Source: Salinispira sp.
GTDB taxonomy: Bacteria; Spirochaetota; Spirochaetia; DSM-27196; Salinispiraceae
Length of the DNA: 64,000 bases
Direction: 5' to 3'
Assembly: GCA_965226555.1 (NCBI GenBank)
Contig: CBDDDG010000014.1
Span: forward strand, 160,001-224,000
The notes beneath the pieces were generated by a model. It did no database searches. It was not told the DNA's origin and saw only the letters and a list, made by a program, of their open reading frames with translations. Both the position numbers and the translations under genes were made by a program. Positions 1-12,290 of this stretch are shown one piece after another (position 1 is the first letter of the stretch; each line of letters starts with the position of its first letter).

Positions 1-118
1 TCCCATTCCCACCCTCATACGGGGTCAAACTGCCTGCATAAAGGCATATAGCGCGCCGGAAAAGTACCGTCCATCCTATCGTCCTCCTCTTGAAGAAGAC
101 GGATCTCCAACCGGTATT

Positions 119-1696
119 TTGCAAGGATGCTTCAGCGTTGATGCCGCTGTTCCTGCCGCGCCCGCCGCTCCTACGCTCACAGTTGGAGATACCCAGCTCA
201 CCGCAACATGGACTACGCCGAACAACAACGGCGGTAGCCCCATTACCGGGTATGAGCTGCAATATAAAGTGAGCACTGCAACCTCATGGACGCTTATTAC
301 ATCCGGCATTACCGGTGCAAGCCATACCATTACGGAACTCACAAACGGCACCTCCTACGATGTGCGGGTGCGCGCGGTCAATGGAGCGGGCAACGGGCAA
401 TGGTCGACACCCACAACGGGAATGCCGAGCATTCCCTTTGCGACACAGGTGCCGAAGGGTACGGACGCGACAGTAATCCTTTCGGCTAAAATCAATAACA
501 TTATTACCGCTCAGAATCCAATCGTTTCTTTGACTACCGTGGAACAGGACACTCTCGTGGTTAGTGCATCAGGAGTCATTACGGTAACTGCCGCAACTGC
601 CCCCGCAGGGGTTAGCATTCCGACAGTGAATGCGAATACCGGAGTTGTTACGGTTGCTGCTGCGGATACAACGGCAGGAACGTATGTGGTATACGGCAGT
701 GTAACCGAAACAGGAGAAATACTCTTTGCCGAATATTTTTATGTTACCGTGAGTCCTCAACCTGTAACTGGAACTGCTGGTAGTCTTGATACTGATTGTG
801 ATGGTATGGTTGATGGTGATGATGATTCTACGAAGACTGATGATGGTGGTAGGTGTAAACTGATCACAGATGTAATTGAGGGAATAAATAATTGGGGCGA
901 TACTGCCGATCTCAACTACATTATTACCACGGCAGTAACGGATATGCGCGGGATGTTCCAGTACGCAAGCGCATTCAATGGCGATATCTCTCGCTGGGAT
1001 GTCAGCTCGGTAATGAATATGTCCGATATGTTTGAGCAAGCAAGCGTATTCAATGGCGATATCTCCGGCTGGGATGTCAGCAAGGTAACGAATATGTCCG
1101 ATATGTTCAATTACGCAAGCGCATTCAATGGCGATATCTCGGACTGGGATGTCAGCTCGGTAATGAATATGTCCTATATGTTTGATCAAGCATCCTTATT
1201 CAATGGCGATATCTCTCGCTGGAATGTCAGCAAGGTAACGAATATGATCGCTATGTTCAGGGGAGCAGACACATTCAATGGCGATATCTCGGACTGGATT
1301 GTCAGCAAGGTAACGAATATGTCAGGGATGTTCCGTGGCGCAAGCGCATTCACTGGCGATATCTCGGACTGGATTGTCAGCTCGGTAACGACTATGAGCC
1401 ATATGTTCCAGAGCGCAGACGCATTCAATGGCGATATCTCGGACTGGAATGTCAGCTCGGTAACGGATATGCAAAGTATGTTCCAGAGCGCAGACGCATT
1501 CAATGGCGATATCTCGGGCTGGGATGTCAGCTCGGTAACGAATATGTTGCAGATGTTCTATTTCGCAAACGCATTCAATCGCGATCTTGAGGAGTGGAAT
1601 GAACATTGGACGCTTAATTCCGCTGGCGAATATACCGGAATCAAATCAAATATGTTCAATGGTTCCGGCGTAACAACGCCGCCCTCATGGTATTAG
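119..1696 (+). CDS. FN3 + DUF285 (BspA-like) surface protein, 5'-truncated (no signal peptide)
   Basis: One FN3 domain (WTTP..GGSPITGY..VRAVN), a linker domain, then 8 x 25-aa FNGDISxWxVSxVxxM repeats and a PSWY end. Sequence upstream of about 140 is unrelated. Confidence 0.8.
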   Translation: MQGCFSVDAAVPAAPAAPTLTVGDTQLTATWTTPNNNGGSPITGYELQYKVSTATSWTLITSGITGASHTITELTNGTSYDVRVRAVNGAGNGQWSTPTTGMPSIPFATQVPKGTDATVILSAKINNIITAQNPIVSLTTVEQDTLVVSASGVITVTAATAPAGVSIPTVNANTGVVTVAAADTTAGTYVVYGSVTETGEILFAEYFYVTVSPQPVTGTAGSLDTDCDGMVDGDDDSTKTDDGGRCKLITDVIEGINNWGDTADLNYIITTAVTDMRGMFQYASAFNGDISRWDVSSVMNMSDMFEQASVFNGDISGWDVSKVTNMSDMFNYASAFNGDISDWDVSSVMNMSYMFDQASLFNGDISRWNVSKVTNMIAMFRGADTFNGDISDWIVSKVTNMSGMFRGASAFTGDISDWIVSSVTTMSHMFQSADAFNGDISDWNVSSVTDMQSMFQSADAFNGDISGWDVSSVTNMLQMFYFANAFNRDLEEWNEHWTLNSAGEYTGIKSNMFNGSGVTTPPSWY

Positions 1697-1769
1697 AAAC
1701 TTTATTAATGCAAAACTTTATATATCATCATTCTCAATAAGCTATGGAGGTAACAGGTGAATTTTATGA

Positions 1770-1798
1770 TTGACAAGTTTTTTGATCGCCAATATACT
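1770..1798 (+). promoter_or_regulatory. sigma70-type promoter
   Basis: TTGACA-17 bp-TATACT; identical copy at 4007-4035. Confidence 0.75.
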
Positions 1799-1872
1799 GT
1801 TCATATGCTTATGAAACCGTTGCCATGCAGCGATTTCTCATTGAACCATTACCAGATCAAGGAGTATTACCA

Positions 1873-2220
1873 ATGAATCTTCGGAAAACACGAATTATTA
1901 CTGTTCTTTTTGTTTTTATGCTTATACTTGCGGCCTGCCCCTCAGCCCTTGTCGAAATCCCCGACATTAGGACCAGCGAGCCGACAGCTCCCATGCTCAC
2001 CGCCGGAGATCCCCCCGCTGTGCCGACAGCGCCGGGAACTCCAACATTCGCCGCGGGAGACGGTCAGCTTACTGTTTCATGGACTGCGCCGACCGACAAC
2101 GGCGGCAGTGCCATTACCGGGTATACATTGCGGTACGGAATCTGGAGTGATGGAACAACGATGTGGGTGGCGGATTCCCTATGTTGCAGGTCAAAGGGTT
2201 ATATACCCGAGGATATGTGA
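1873..2220 (+). pseudogene. Truncated FN3 lipoprotein fused to a YGIWSDGTTMWV fragment
   Basis: RBS GGAG, lipobox LAAC, half an FN3 domain. Near-identical to 4110-4382, then switches to the motif found in the 48917-50131 protein. Confidence 0.75.
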
Positions 2221-2477
2221 AAATAAGAGAAAGTTTTGCCTGTGGTAAAATTTTCAGGAGAAAAAGTATCTACTAAATATTTTTTACAAAAGCATAGTGT
2301 TTATATGCAAATCGCAAAAAAATTATTTGCCGTACAACGGTCTCAAAATGTAAATCCATAATCCATTGGAATTTAAACATGTGAAACCCCCGCCTGCCCC
2401 ATCCCGAAAAAAAATAAATTTTTTTCAGAAAACATATTCAGAAATAGCATTTCTCCCGTTTGATATATATAGGAGGA

Positions 2478-3724
2478 ATGTTTATGAAAAAATTCCCACT
2501 TCCACGGCAGCGAAAACAATGGGATGAAACAAAAGTTTTGCCTCCGGCAAAACTTTCTACAAAATGCGAGAATGCTCAGCGCAGAAAAAGCATGCCAAAT
2601 TTGAAACTTTTGCTACTGGAAATTGTGCAAGCACAATTTTCCAATGCAAAAGTTTCAGAACACATAAATTTCTGTTTGCCGATGCGGAGTCCATACATCA
2701 ACTGCTGCAATTTATTAATGATGACTGGATACGGTATGTTCGCCCTGAGAACATTACCCTTATGAGCAACGAGTTCATCGAGAGAGTGCTCGGCAGAGAG
2801 CAGTCGAAGAATTTCAGGCGTAAAATATCGGACATTGTTGCGAAAGTTTCCTTCTGCTGCGGGAAAGAGAAGGAAGAGAAAATGGTGTATATTATTCTGG
2901 AGCATCAGTCATCTGTGGACTATGCCATGAGTGATCGCCTATTCGAATATACTAATATGCTCAAGCGACATATTCGAAATTCGAAAATGCGCCGACATCA
3001 TTGGGTATATCCCATTGTTCTGTACACAGGAGCGGGTAAATGGCCGGAAATAACTACCGAAGATGAGAACATCCCGAGTATATATCGCCAAATTTTCGAA
3101 TATCCTGTTATCGATGTGAGAGCGCTTGAGGAGGATAAAATACTCAATTCCAGCGGTCGCGTGGCTGCCTATTTTTATCTTTCGCGCTACGGAAAAAATT
3201 TGAATGATGATAATCGCGCTGAGTTCAAGAAACATCTTTTGAACATTCTCCAGCATGACGCGGGGAATAAGGCGAAGGAGTCCTTGCTCATTATGAGCGA
3301 TCTACTTTATAATACTCATGTATCAAAAGTCAATGTTAACAATCATACTATGGAGGAGGTAGTTAATATGATTACAAAAGAAGGGATAGAAATAGTACAC
3401 CCATGGCAATTGGACGTGTACAATGATCTTCAAGCCAAAGTCCACGCTGAGGTACAAGCCGAGATCAGGCAGAAACTGCAGGAAGGACTTCAGAAAGGAC
3501 TTCAGAAAGGACTTCAGGAAGGACTTCAGGAAGGTCGTCAGGAAGGACTTCAGGAAGGTCGTCAAGAAGGCGAAATGAAGGGGCATATGGAAGAGCGGAG
3601 AAAAAACGCCCGCAGTATGTTTTCCATAGGACTTTCAGCAGATGACGTTCAGAAGGTTACCGGGCTGAGCGATGAGGAAATGCGGACATTGCAGAATGGA
3701 GCGGGGAAGAACGGATCGCTCTAA
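2478..3724 (+). pseudogene. Rpn family PD-(D/E)XK nuclease, frameshifted by a 131-bp palindromic insertion
   Basis: SDIV..ILEHQS..YPIVLYTG motifs and a GLQE/GRQE tail. Insertion at 2532-2662 relative to the paralogue at 4688. Confidence 0.85.
3368..3724 (+). CDS. Putative intragenic RpnS antitoxin
   Basis: In-frame GGAGGAGG (3352-3359) followed by ATG at 3368. Confidence 0.6.
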   Translation: MITKEGIEIVHPWQLDVYNDLQAKVHAEVQAEIRQKLQEGLQKGLQKGLQEGLQEGRQEGLQEGRQEGEMKGHMEERRKNARSMFSIGLSADDVQKVTGLSDEEMRTLQNGAGKNGSL

Positions 3725-3819
3725 AATAAGAGAATGCTAAGCACATAGAAAGCATTCCTGACGGACGCATGGGCGAGCCGGATGCCCGGGCGAGCAGCGC
3801 GGAAGCGCGACCAGCCCCG

Positions 3820-3922
3820 GCGCTCAGCTCCGACCAGTCGCCTTGATCGAATGCTCCTGGGCATACCGAACCATCCGCAACCGCCAATCATACATCGAAG
3901 CCGCCTGATACTTCCGAGACTT
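3820..3922 (-). mobile_element. Short diverged fragment of the IS481-like element
   Basis: Reverse complement matches about 56590-56690 with several substitutions. Confidence 0.7.
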
Positions 3923-4109
3923 GCGAACTTTTTACAAAAATTTCTCATTTTGTCATACACCATTCATATTTCAACAAGGACCTCGCGCGGAGCATGAATT
4001 TTATGATTGACAAGTTTTTTGATCGCCAATATACTGTTCATATGCTTATGAAACCGTTGCCATGCAGCGATTTCTCATTGAACCATTACCAGATCAAGGA
4101 GTATTACCA

Positions 4110-4625
4110 ATGAATCTTCGGAAAACACGAATTATTACTGTTCTTTTTGTTTTTATGCTTATACTTGCGGCCTGCCCCTCAGCCCTTGTCGAAATCCCCG
4201 ACATTAGGCCCAGCGAGCCGACAGCTCCCATGCTCACCGCCGGAGATCCCCCCGCAGTTCCCGCTGTGCCGACAGCGCCGGGAACTCCAACATTCGCCGC
4301 GGGAGACGGTCAGCTTACTGTTTCATGGACTGCGCCGACCGACAACGGCGGCAGTGCCATTACCGGGTATACATTGCGGTACACTGACAATTCCACGAAT
4401 GCGCACTTTCTTGTTGAGGGAATTACCAGCACAAGCTACACCATTACCGGACTAACAAACGGCAGAACCTACACCGTACTGGTGCGTGCCGTAAATGCGG
4501 AGGGTCAGAGTGAGTGGTCGGCTCCCTCAACAGCAATAGTGCTCGTGTCGGGTTTTGCAACACAGGTTCCCGCGGGAACAGCAGCCTCCATAAGCCCTTC
4601 GGCTGCCCCATCCCGAAAAAAATAA
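4110..4625 (+). pseudogene. FN3 lipoprotein truncated by a deletion into the Rpn leader
   Basis: Lipobox LAAC, one FN3 domain and the start of the FATQVP linker, then joins CTGCCCCATCCCG of the Rpn upstream region. Confidence 0.75.
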
Positions 4626-4687
4626 ATTTTTTTCAGAAAACATATTCAGAAATAGCATTTCTCCCGTTTGATATATATATAGGAGGA

Positions 4688-6781
4688 ATGTTTATGAAAA
4701 AATTCCCACTTCCACGGCAGCGAAAACAATGGGATGAATCCCATAAATTTCTGTTTGGCGATGCGGAGTCCATATATCAACTGCTGCAATTTATTAATGA
4801 TGACTGGATACGGTATGTTCGCCCTGAGAACATTACCCTTATGAGCAACGAGTTCATCGAGAGAGTGCTCGGCAGAGAGCAGTCGAAGAATTTCAGGCGT
4901 AAAATATCGGACATTGTTGCGAAAGTTTCCTTCTGCTGCGGGAAAGAGAAGGAAGAGAAAATGGTGTATATTATTCTGGAGCATCAGTCATCTGTGGACT
5001 ATGCCATGAGTGATCGCCTATTCGAATATACTAATATGCTCAAGCGACATATTCGAAATTCGAAAATGCGCCGACATCATTGGGTATATCCCATTGTTCT
5101 GTACACAGGAGCGGGTAAATGGCCGGAAATAACTACCGAAGATGAGAACATCCCGAGTATATATCGCCAAATTTTCGAATATCCTGTTATCGATGTGAGA
5201 GCGCTTGAGGAGGATAAAATACTCAATTCCAGCGGTCGCGTGGCTGCCTATTTTTATCTTTCGCGCTACGGAAAAAATTTGAATGATGATAATCGCGCTG
5301 AGTTCAAGAAACATCTTTTGAACATTCTCCAGCATGACGCGGGGAATAAGGCGAAGGAGTCCTTGCTCATTATGAGCGATCTACTTTATAATACTCATGT
5401 AAGCCCGTGTGAGGGTTTTAACCGCATAAATGTCTAAATTCTAACCATGAATTGCAATGCTTTTTACACAAATACACTGCCATAGTGTGAGCGAGGAGTT
5501 TTCTCCATAATCGGGATGTGAAATGCCATATATCCCGCGCCCGTATTTTTTGAATATGAAATCGTTCTGATAACTGGCTGATAACCGTTTCAATTATTCT
5601 TCGGGTATTCATCATCCAGCTCATCTGCTCAGGGCTGTGTATCTGTTTCATATTTTTTCTCACGGGTGTTTCAAGTGCGATATTGTGTTCCGCAAAGAAC
5701 GGCGCTTTGCCAATGTATCCCTTATCGCCTAAAAGCATTCCCTGCATACTGTTACAGAAATCTTCCGCCGCTTCTCTCTCATCGACATTCGCGGGGGTAA
5801 GAGTATAGTCGATAATCAGCCCATCGGCGGTTATCAGAATATGTCCCTTAAACCCATAATAATGCATGTTTTTTGCCGCGCAAAATCCATACGATGCCTG
5901 ACTTTTGAATAGTCTGCAACGATTCGCTCTGCGGAAATTACACAGGGGCAGAGGAAATCCGTCAACGCAATAGACCGGAGCACTCTGTGAGATCAATGTT
6001 TGCGTGATGTATTTGTGAAGTTCCTGTTTAATCCGCCAGAGATGCGCTGATTGACGGACATAGGCCGTCCGATGTCCAATATGTGGAAAGAGAGTTCTCC
6101 AATGCTCGACAAAATACCGATGAATACCTTTGTCGGTATCAATACCGAAAAACTCACCAACAATTCCCATGGTTAACACCTCATCATCGCCAAGTTTTGG
6201 TTTCGGCCCGCGTGATCGCAACCGTTCCATACTATTTTTATTCATTTTCATCCAATCACTTATCATACAGAACATTTCTATGATAAAATCCTCTCTGAGC
6301 ACCTTTCCCTCCCGTTTGGTGTAAGGTTTTTTTAATACTTTACGGGAATAGGTGCTCTTTTTTCAAGCCACTACACAAAAAACCCTCACACGGGCTCATG
6401 TATCAAAAGTCAATGTTAACAATCATACTATGGAGGAGGTAGTTAATATGATTACAAAAGAAGGGATAGAAATAGTACACCCATGGCAATTGGACGTGTA
6501 CAATGATCTTCAAGCCAAAGTCCACGCTGAGGTACAAGCCGAGATCAGGCCAGAAACTGCAGGAAGGACTTCAGAAAGGACTTCAGAAAGGACTTCAGGA
6601 AGGACTTCAGGAAGGTCGTCAAGAAGGCGAAATGAAGGGGCATATGGAAGAGCGGAGAAAAAATGCCCGCGGTATGTTTTCCATAGGACTTTCAGCAGAT
6701 GACGTTCAGAAGGTTACCGGGCTGAGCGATGAGGAAATGCGGACATTGCAGAATGGAGCGGGGAAGAACGGATCGCTCTAA
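4688..6781 (+). pseudogene. Rpn family nuclease interrupted by IS982, with a +1 frameshift near 6550
   Basis: Near-identical to 2478-3724. IS at 5402-6396, extra C in GATCAGGCCAG, fewer tail repeats. Confidence 0.9.
5402..6396 (-). mobile_element. IS982-family IS, copy 1 (transposase 5418-6302)
   Basis: TIR AGCCCGTGTGAGGGTTTT, 6-bp TSD CATGTA, DDE motifs VDGFP/GFKGH/GDKGY/RRIIET. Confidence 0.93.
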
Positions 6782-6845
6782 AATAAGAGAATGCTAAGCA
6801 CATAGAAAGCATTCCTGACGGACGCATGGGCGAGCCGGATGCCCG

Positions 6846-7523
6846 TTCAACAAATACCGCCACAGCGCTGCGCTGACCCTTTCCAATTATACAATCGCCT
6901 TCCCAATGTCCTTCCTCGACACGGGCGTCAACCTCCTTTGGGCGCTCACTAATTCCTTTCTTGCCAACGACATCAGGGTTCTTCTTACAATAAGCTCTCC
7001 GGTCGCAGCGTCTCTTCCGTTTCTTTCTCCGGGTCGGCAGCAGAACGCACCACTGACGATTTTTCGGTCGGTAACAATACTGGTAAATGGCTTCATGGCT
7101 TATCGATTGACCGGTAATATCAATACCAATGCGCCTCTGAGATTTGCTCGGGAGACCAGCTGCATTCAAGCTTTTCATGAACATAGTTCAGGACAATATC
7201 ATTTTTCAGATGCGTATACTGACCTTTGTTTTTCCGACGCTCCCGCGCCTTCCGCTGAGCCTGATGAGCTACATACCGCCCGTGATCATTCCGGTTACGG
7301 TTCACTTCGCGGTAAATGGTCGTATGGCAACACCCAATGGCCCGGGCTATCTCCCTGACGGGATATCCTTTTCGCAGATAATAGGCAATATCCTCTCGAT
7401 TATCCGTATCCAACTGATTATACTGTCTGTGCACCACCTTTTTGTCCTCCTCGTAGTGGTTTTTTCTTATACTCACTATATCTCAGAGGGCGGGGAGGTG
7501 GTGCACTTATGGTTGAATTCACC
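6846..7523 (-). mobile_element. IS30-family remnant, frameshifted and 3'-truncated
   Basis: HTH (TIYREVNRN), WSPEQIS, SHEAIYQY and GHWEGDCI motifs split over ORFs 7120-7476 and 6714-7184; end sequence GGTGAATTCAACCATAAGTGCA. Confidence 0.88.
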
Positions 7524-7541
7524 CGGTGGTTTTTTTTGGGG

Positions 7542-7571
7542 TTGACAGGCATTTTCTGAATATGCTAATAT
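7542..7571 (+). promoter_or_regulatory. Putative sigma70 promoter
   Basis: TTGACA-18 bp-TAATAT with a TG extension; the first 23 bp are repeated exactly at 12338-12360. Confidence 0.55.
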
Positions 7572-7618
7572 GCCGCGTTAGCTTATAGATAGGCATGCTG
7601 GCAGTGAGGAGTAACAAC

Positions 7619-10600
7619 ATGAATATCAAATTATGTAAGGGAAGCCTTGTCATATTCTGTACAATTTTCATTGCAGTGCTTGCCGGATGTCCAATACCGG
7701 TAGTAGATGATATCACCCCCCCCCCCGACCGAACCGGGTGAAATAATTGTTCTAACCCTTGAAACGGGGAATGGGCAAATCAGTGCTACATGGGTTGCGC
7801 CGGAAGATAACGGCGGTAGCGAAGTTACCGGGTATCACCTTCGCCATAGCGCGGACGGCGGTACCAACTGGGCAAGATATATTAATGTCGCCGCGCCAAC
7901 CACAAACCACACCATTACAGAACTAACAAACGGCGCCGAGTACATAATACAGGTACGTGCCGTGAACGCGCAGGGCAATGGCGCATGGTCAGGAAGCGCC
8001 GCCGCAACCCCCGTTGCCGTTCCCATGGCGCCGACTGCGTTTATGCTTGAAGCGGAAAATATGCAAATTACCGCGACATGGGCTGCGCCGGACGATGACG
8101 GCGGCAGCGAAATTACCGGGTATAAGTTACAATATCGCGAAGTTACCGACCCGGAAGGAAGCTGGCTGGATGTAACTACCGATTCTCCTATTACTACTAC
8201 AAGCCACACCATCACAGAACTAACAAACGGCACCGAGTACGAAGTACAGGTGCGCGCTGTGAACGCGCAGGGCAACGGTAACCCATCGGAAATTCTCACA
8301 GCAATTCCGGTTACCATACCTTCCGCGCCGGATGCTCCAACACTCACCCACGGAAACACCAAGCTTACCGCGACATGGGCTGCGCCGGACGACGACGGCG
8401 GCAGCGAAATTATTCGGTATGAACTGCAATATCGCGAAGTTACCGACCCGGAAGGAATTTGGCTGAATGTAACTACCGATTCCGAAATTACTACTACAAG
8501 CCACACCATAACTGAACTGACAAACGGCACCGAGTACGAAGTACAGGTGCGCGCTGTGAACGCGCAGGGCAATAGCGAATGGTCTGGGAGCGCCACTGAA
8601 ACCCCCGACATTACTCCCAACGCCCCGGCAGTGCCAACACTCACCGTTGGAAACACCCAACTCACCGCGACATGGAGTGCTCCGACCGACACTGGAGGCA
8701 GCGCCATTACTCGCTATGAGTTGCAGTATCGCAAAGGAAGCAGTGGAGCATGGACGCTTATTAGCTCCGGCATCGGCACACGCACAAACCATACCATTAC
8801 CGGTCTGACAAACGGCGACAGCTACGAAGTGCAGGTACGTGCCGTGAACGCGCAGGGCACTAGCCCGTGGTCGTCCTCTGCCTCCGCAACCCCCGCAACC
8901 GTTCCTGTTGCACCCGCCGATCCTACGCTCACAGAAGGAAACGCTCAGCTCAGCGCGGCATGGAGCGCGCCGAACAACGGCGGCAGCGCCATTACCCGGT
9001 ATGAGTTGCAGTATCGCAAAGGAAGCAGTGGAGCATGGACGCTTATTAGCTCCGGCATCGGCACACGCACAAACCATACCATTACCGGACTGACAAACGG
9101 CGACAGCTACGAAGTACGGGTGCGCGCCGTGAACACTCGAGGCGATGGCGCATGGTCGGGGAGCAGCATCGCAACCCCAGTTGCCGTTCCCAACACTCCG
9201 ACAGCTCTCACGCTTACCGTTGGAAACACCCAGCTTGGCGTAGCATGGAGCGCTCCGACCGACACTGGAGGCAGCCCCATTACTCGCTATAAGTTGCAGT
9301 ATCGCAAAGGAAGCAGTGGAGCATGGACGCCTATTACCTCCGACATCGGCAGCACACGCACAAACCATACCATTGCCGGCCTGACAAACGGCGACAGCTA
9401 CGAAGTGCAGGTACGTGCCGAGAACGCGCAGGGCACTAGCCCGTGGTCGTCCTCTGCCTCCGCAACCCCCGCAACCGTTCCTGTTGCACCCGCCGATCCT
9501 ACGCTTACCGTTGGAAACACCCAGCTCAGCGCGGCATGGAGCGCGCCGAACAACGGCGGCAGCGCCATTACCCGGTATGAGTTGCAGTATCGCAAAGGAA
9601 GCAGTGGAGCATGGACGCTTATTAGCTCCGGCATTGGCACAAGCCACACCATTACCGGACTGACAAACGGCGACAGCTACGAAGTACGGGTGCGCGCCGT
9701 GAACGCGCAGGGCGATGGCGCATGGTCGGGGAGCAGCACCGCAACCCCCGACATTGCTCCCAACGCGCCGACAGCTCCCACGCTCACAGCCGGAAACACC
9801 CATATCACAGCGACATGGAGCGCGCCGACCGACAATGGTGGAAGCGCCATTACTCGGTACGAGTTGCAATATCGTACAGGCGGCGGAGCATGGACGTTTA
9901 TCACCTCCGGCATTGGCACAAATACAAGCCATACCATTACCGGACTGACAAACGGCGACAGCTACGAAGTACGGGTGCGCGCCGTGAACGCGCAGGGCAA
10001 TAGCCCGTGGTCATCCTCTGCCGCCGCAACCCCAGCTACCGTTCCCGATGCGCCAACTGCTCTGGCATTTCAGGATGGGGACGAGTTCATTAATTTGACA
10101 GCGACTGCGCGCGGTTCCAATGGCGGTAGCGTCATTACCGGGTTTGAGTTGCAATATCGAGATACTGATAATGACGAATGGATTCTTGTTACTGATATTT
10201 CAGCCCAAACATCGAGTTCCGGCAATATCTATGGATATTATAGAATTACCGGACTCACGAACGGCAGGAGCTACTCTGTACGGGCGCGCGTCGTGAATGC
10301 GGTGGGCAAGAGCGGATGGTCTCATTCGATCACGGCAAACCCCCTCGGCCCTCCCGGGGCTCCAGAAAATGTAATGCTTGCTGTGGGAGATGGTCAGCTT
10401 GCCGTGTCATGGAGCGCGCCGACCGATACTGGCGGCATCGACATTACCAAATACTATTTGCGATATAAGAAAAATGGCGCTTTGAGTTGGACATATGATA
10501 GTGATGACATCGGCGCAAGCACAAGCCACACCATTACCGGACTGACAAACGGCGACACCTATTCTGTACAGGTGCAGGCTGTGAACTCCAACAGTCCGGT

Positions 10601-12245
10601 TCCGGGTCCATGGTCAGAAATTGCCTCAGCAAGTCCCGCTACCGTCCCAGACGCGCCCACCGATCTAACGCTTACAGAGGGGAACACTCGGTTCAGCGTG
10701 GCATGGAGCGCTCCGACCGACAATGGTGGAAGCGCCATTACTCGGTACGAGTTGCAATATCGTACAGGCGGCGGAGCATGGACGCTTATCACCTCCGGCA
10801 TTGGCACAAATACAAGCCACATTATTATGGGTCTGACAAACGGCAACACCTACGAAGTACAGGTGCGTGCCGTGAACGCGCAGGGCGATGGTGCATGGTC
10901 GGCATCCACAACAGCAATGCTGACAGTGCCGGTTTTTGCGAAACAGGTTCCCGCTGGGACGGCAGTGTCCGCAATTCTTTCGGCTGATATTGATACCCTT
11001 ATTGCCAATCAGAATCCAACCGTTTCTTTGACCACGGTAGAACAGGGCACTCTTGCGGTTAGTGGATCGGACATTACAGTCACCCCCGCAACTACTCCCA
11101 ATGGGATCACCATTCCGACAGTTAATGCGAGTGGAATTATTACGGTTACTGCAAGTACAACGGCTGGAACATATGTGGTATATGGTGAAACAGAAACAAA
11201 CGACATACTGTTTGCCGAATATTTCTCTGTTATCGTGAGTCCTGCTGATGGCGATGGCAGCGCGGGCGTTGCTAATACCGATGGCGGTAACGATGAACTG
11301 AAAACAGCGGTAAATACAGGGATATCAACCTGGGGACAAACTGCTAATCTCAACTACATTATTACCACAGCAGTAACGGATATGTCCGAGGTGTTTAAGG
11401 ATGCAAGCGCATTTAACGGCGATATCTCCGACTGGGATACTAGTGCGGTAACGACTATATATGGAATATTTGAGGATGCAAGATCATTCAATGGCGATAT
11501 CTCCGACTGGAATGTCAGTACTGTAACGTCTATGGACAGTATGTTCGATAACGCAAGATCATTCAATGGTGATATCTCCGCCTGGGATGTCAGTTCAGTT
11601 ACGAGTATGAACTCTATGTTCAATCAAGCACGCAAATTCAATGGCGATATCTCCGACTGGAATGTCAGTTCAGTTACGAGTATGAGCTCTATGTTCGATA
11701 ACGCAAGATTATTTAATGGTGATATCTCCGCCTGGAATGTCAGTTCAGTTACGAGTATGAGCTCTATGTTCAATCAAGCACGCAAATTCAATGGCGATAT
11801 CTCCGCCTGGGATGTCAGTTCGGTAAAGTGGATTGATTATATGTTCAGTTACGCAAGTGTATTCAATGCCGATATCTCCAACTGGGATATCAGTAGTGTA
11901 TTCTGGATGCCCAGTATGTTCAGTTACGCAAGCGCATTCAATGCCGATATTTCCGGTTGGGATGTCAGTTCGGTAACGAGTATGAGCTCTATGTTCAGGA
12001 ACGCAAGTGTATTTAATGCCGATATCTCCGACTGGGATGTCAGCTCGGTAGAACAGATGAGCTCTATGTTCAATAGCGCAACTGCCTTCAGCCGTAATAT
12101 TGAGGAGTGGAAGGATCATTGGACACTCAGCGGTGGCAAATATACCGGAACGACAACCCAGATGTTTGTGGATTCCGGTTTGGATGCGAATCCAGTTCTT
12201 TATGATGATAGTGGGAATCAACCGAATTATCCATCATGGTATTAG
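7619..12245 (+). CDS. Large lipoprotein with 11 FN3 domains and 9 DUF285 repeats; out of frame at a C11 tract
   Basis: RBS GAGGAG, ATG 7619 and signal/lipobox ...LAGC are in a different frame from ORF 7707-12245. C tract at 7716-7726. Confidence 0.85.
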
Positions 12246-12290
12246 TTTTACAGGATTGCAGTGATTAGTGAATCGTTTGTAATTCAACTC

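Noticed and set aside
1..140. Non-FN3 sequence with a hairpin and minus-strand AGGAGG, possibly an IS end
   Set aside because: Cut by the window edge, with no partner end or ORF to confirm it.
960..1590. 75-bp periodic repeats as a CRISPR array or DGR template/variable pair
   Set aside because: They are in-frame DUF285 coding repeats, and no RT or non-coding template is visible.
3936..3995. F-core-G sites as integron attC sites
   Set aside because: No RYYYAAC..GTTRRRY box pairing and no integrase in the window.
8220..9932. Long antisense ORFs over the FN3 and Cys repeats and over GC-rich genes
   Set aside because: Shadow frames of repetitive or codon-biased genes, with no RBS or motifs.
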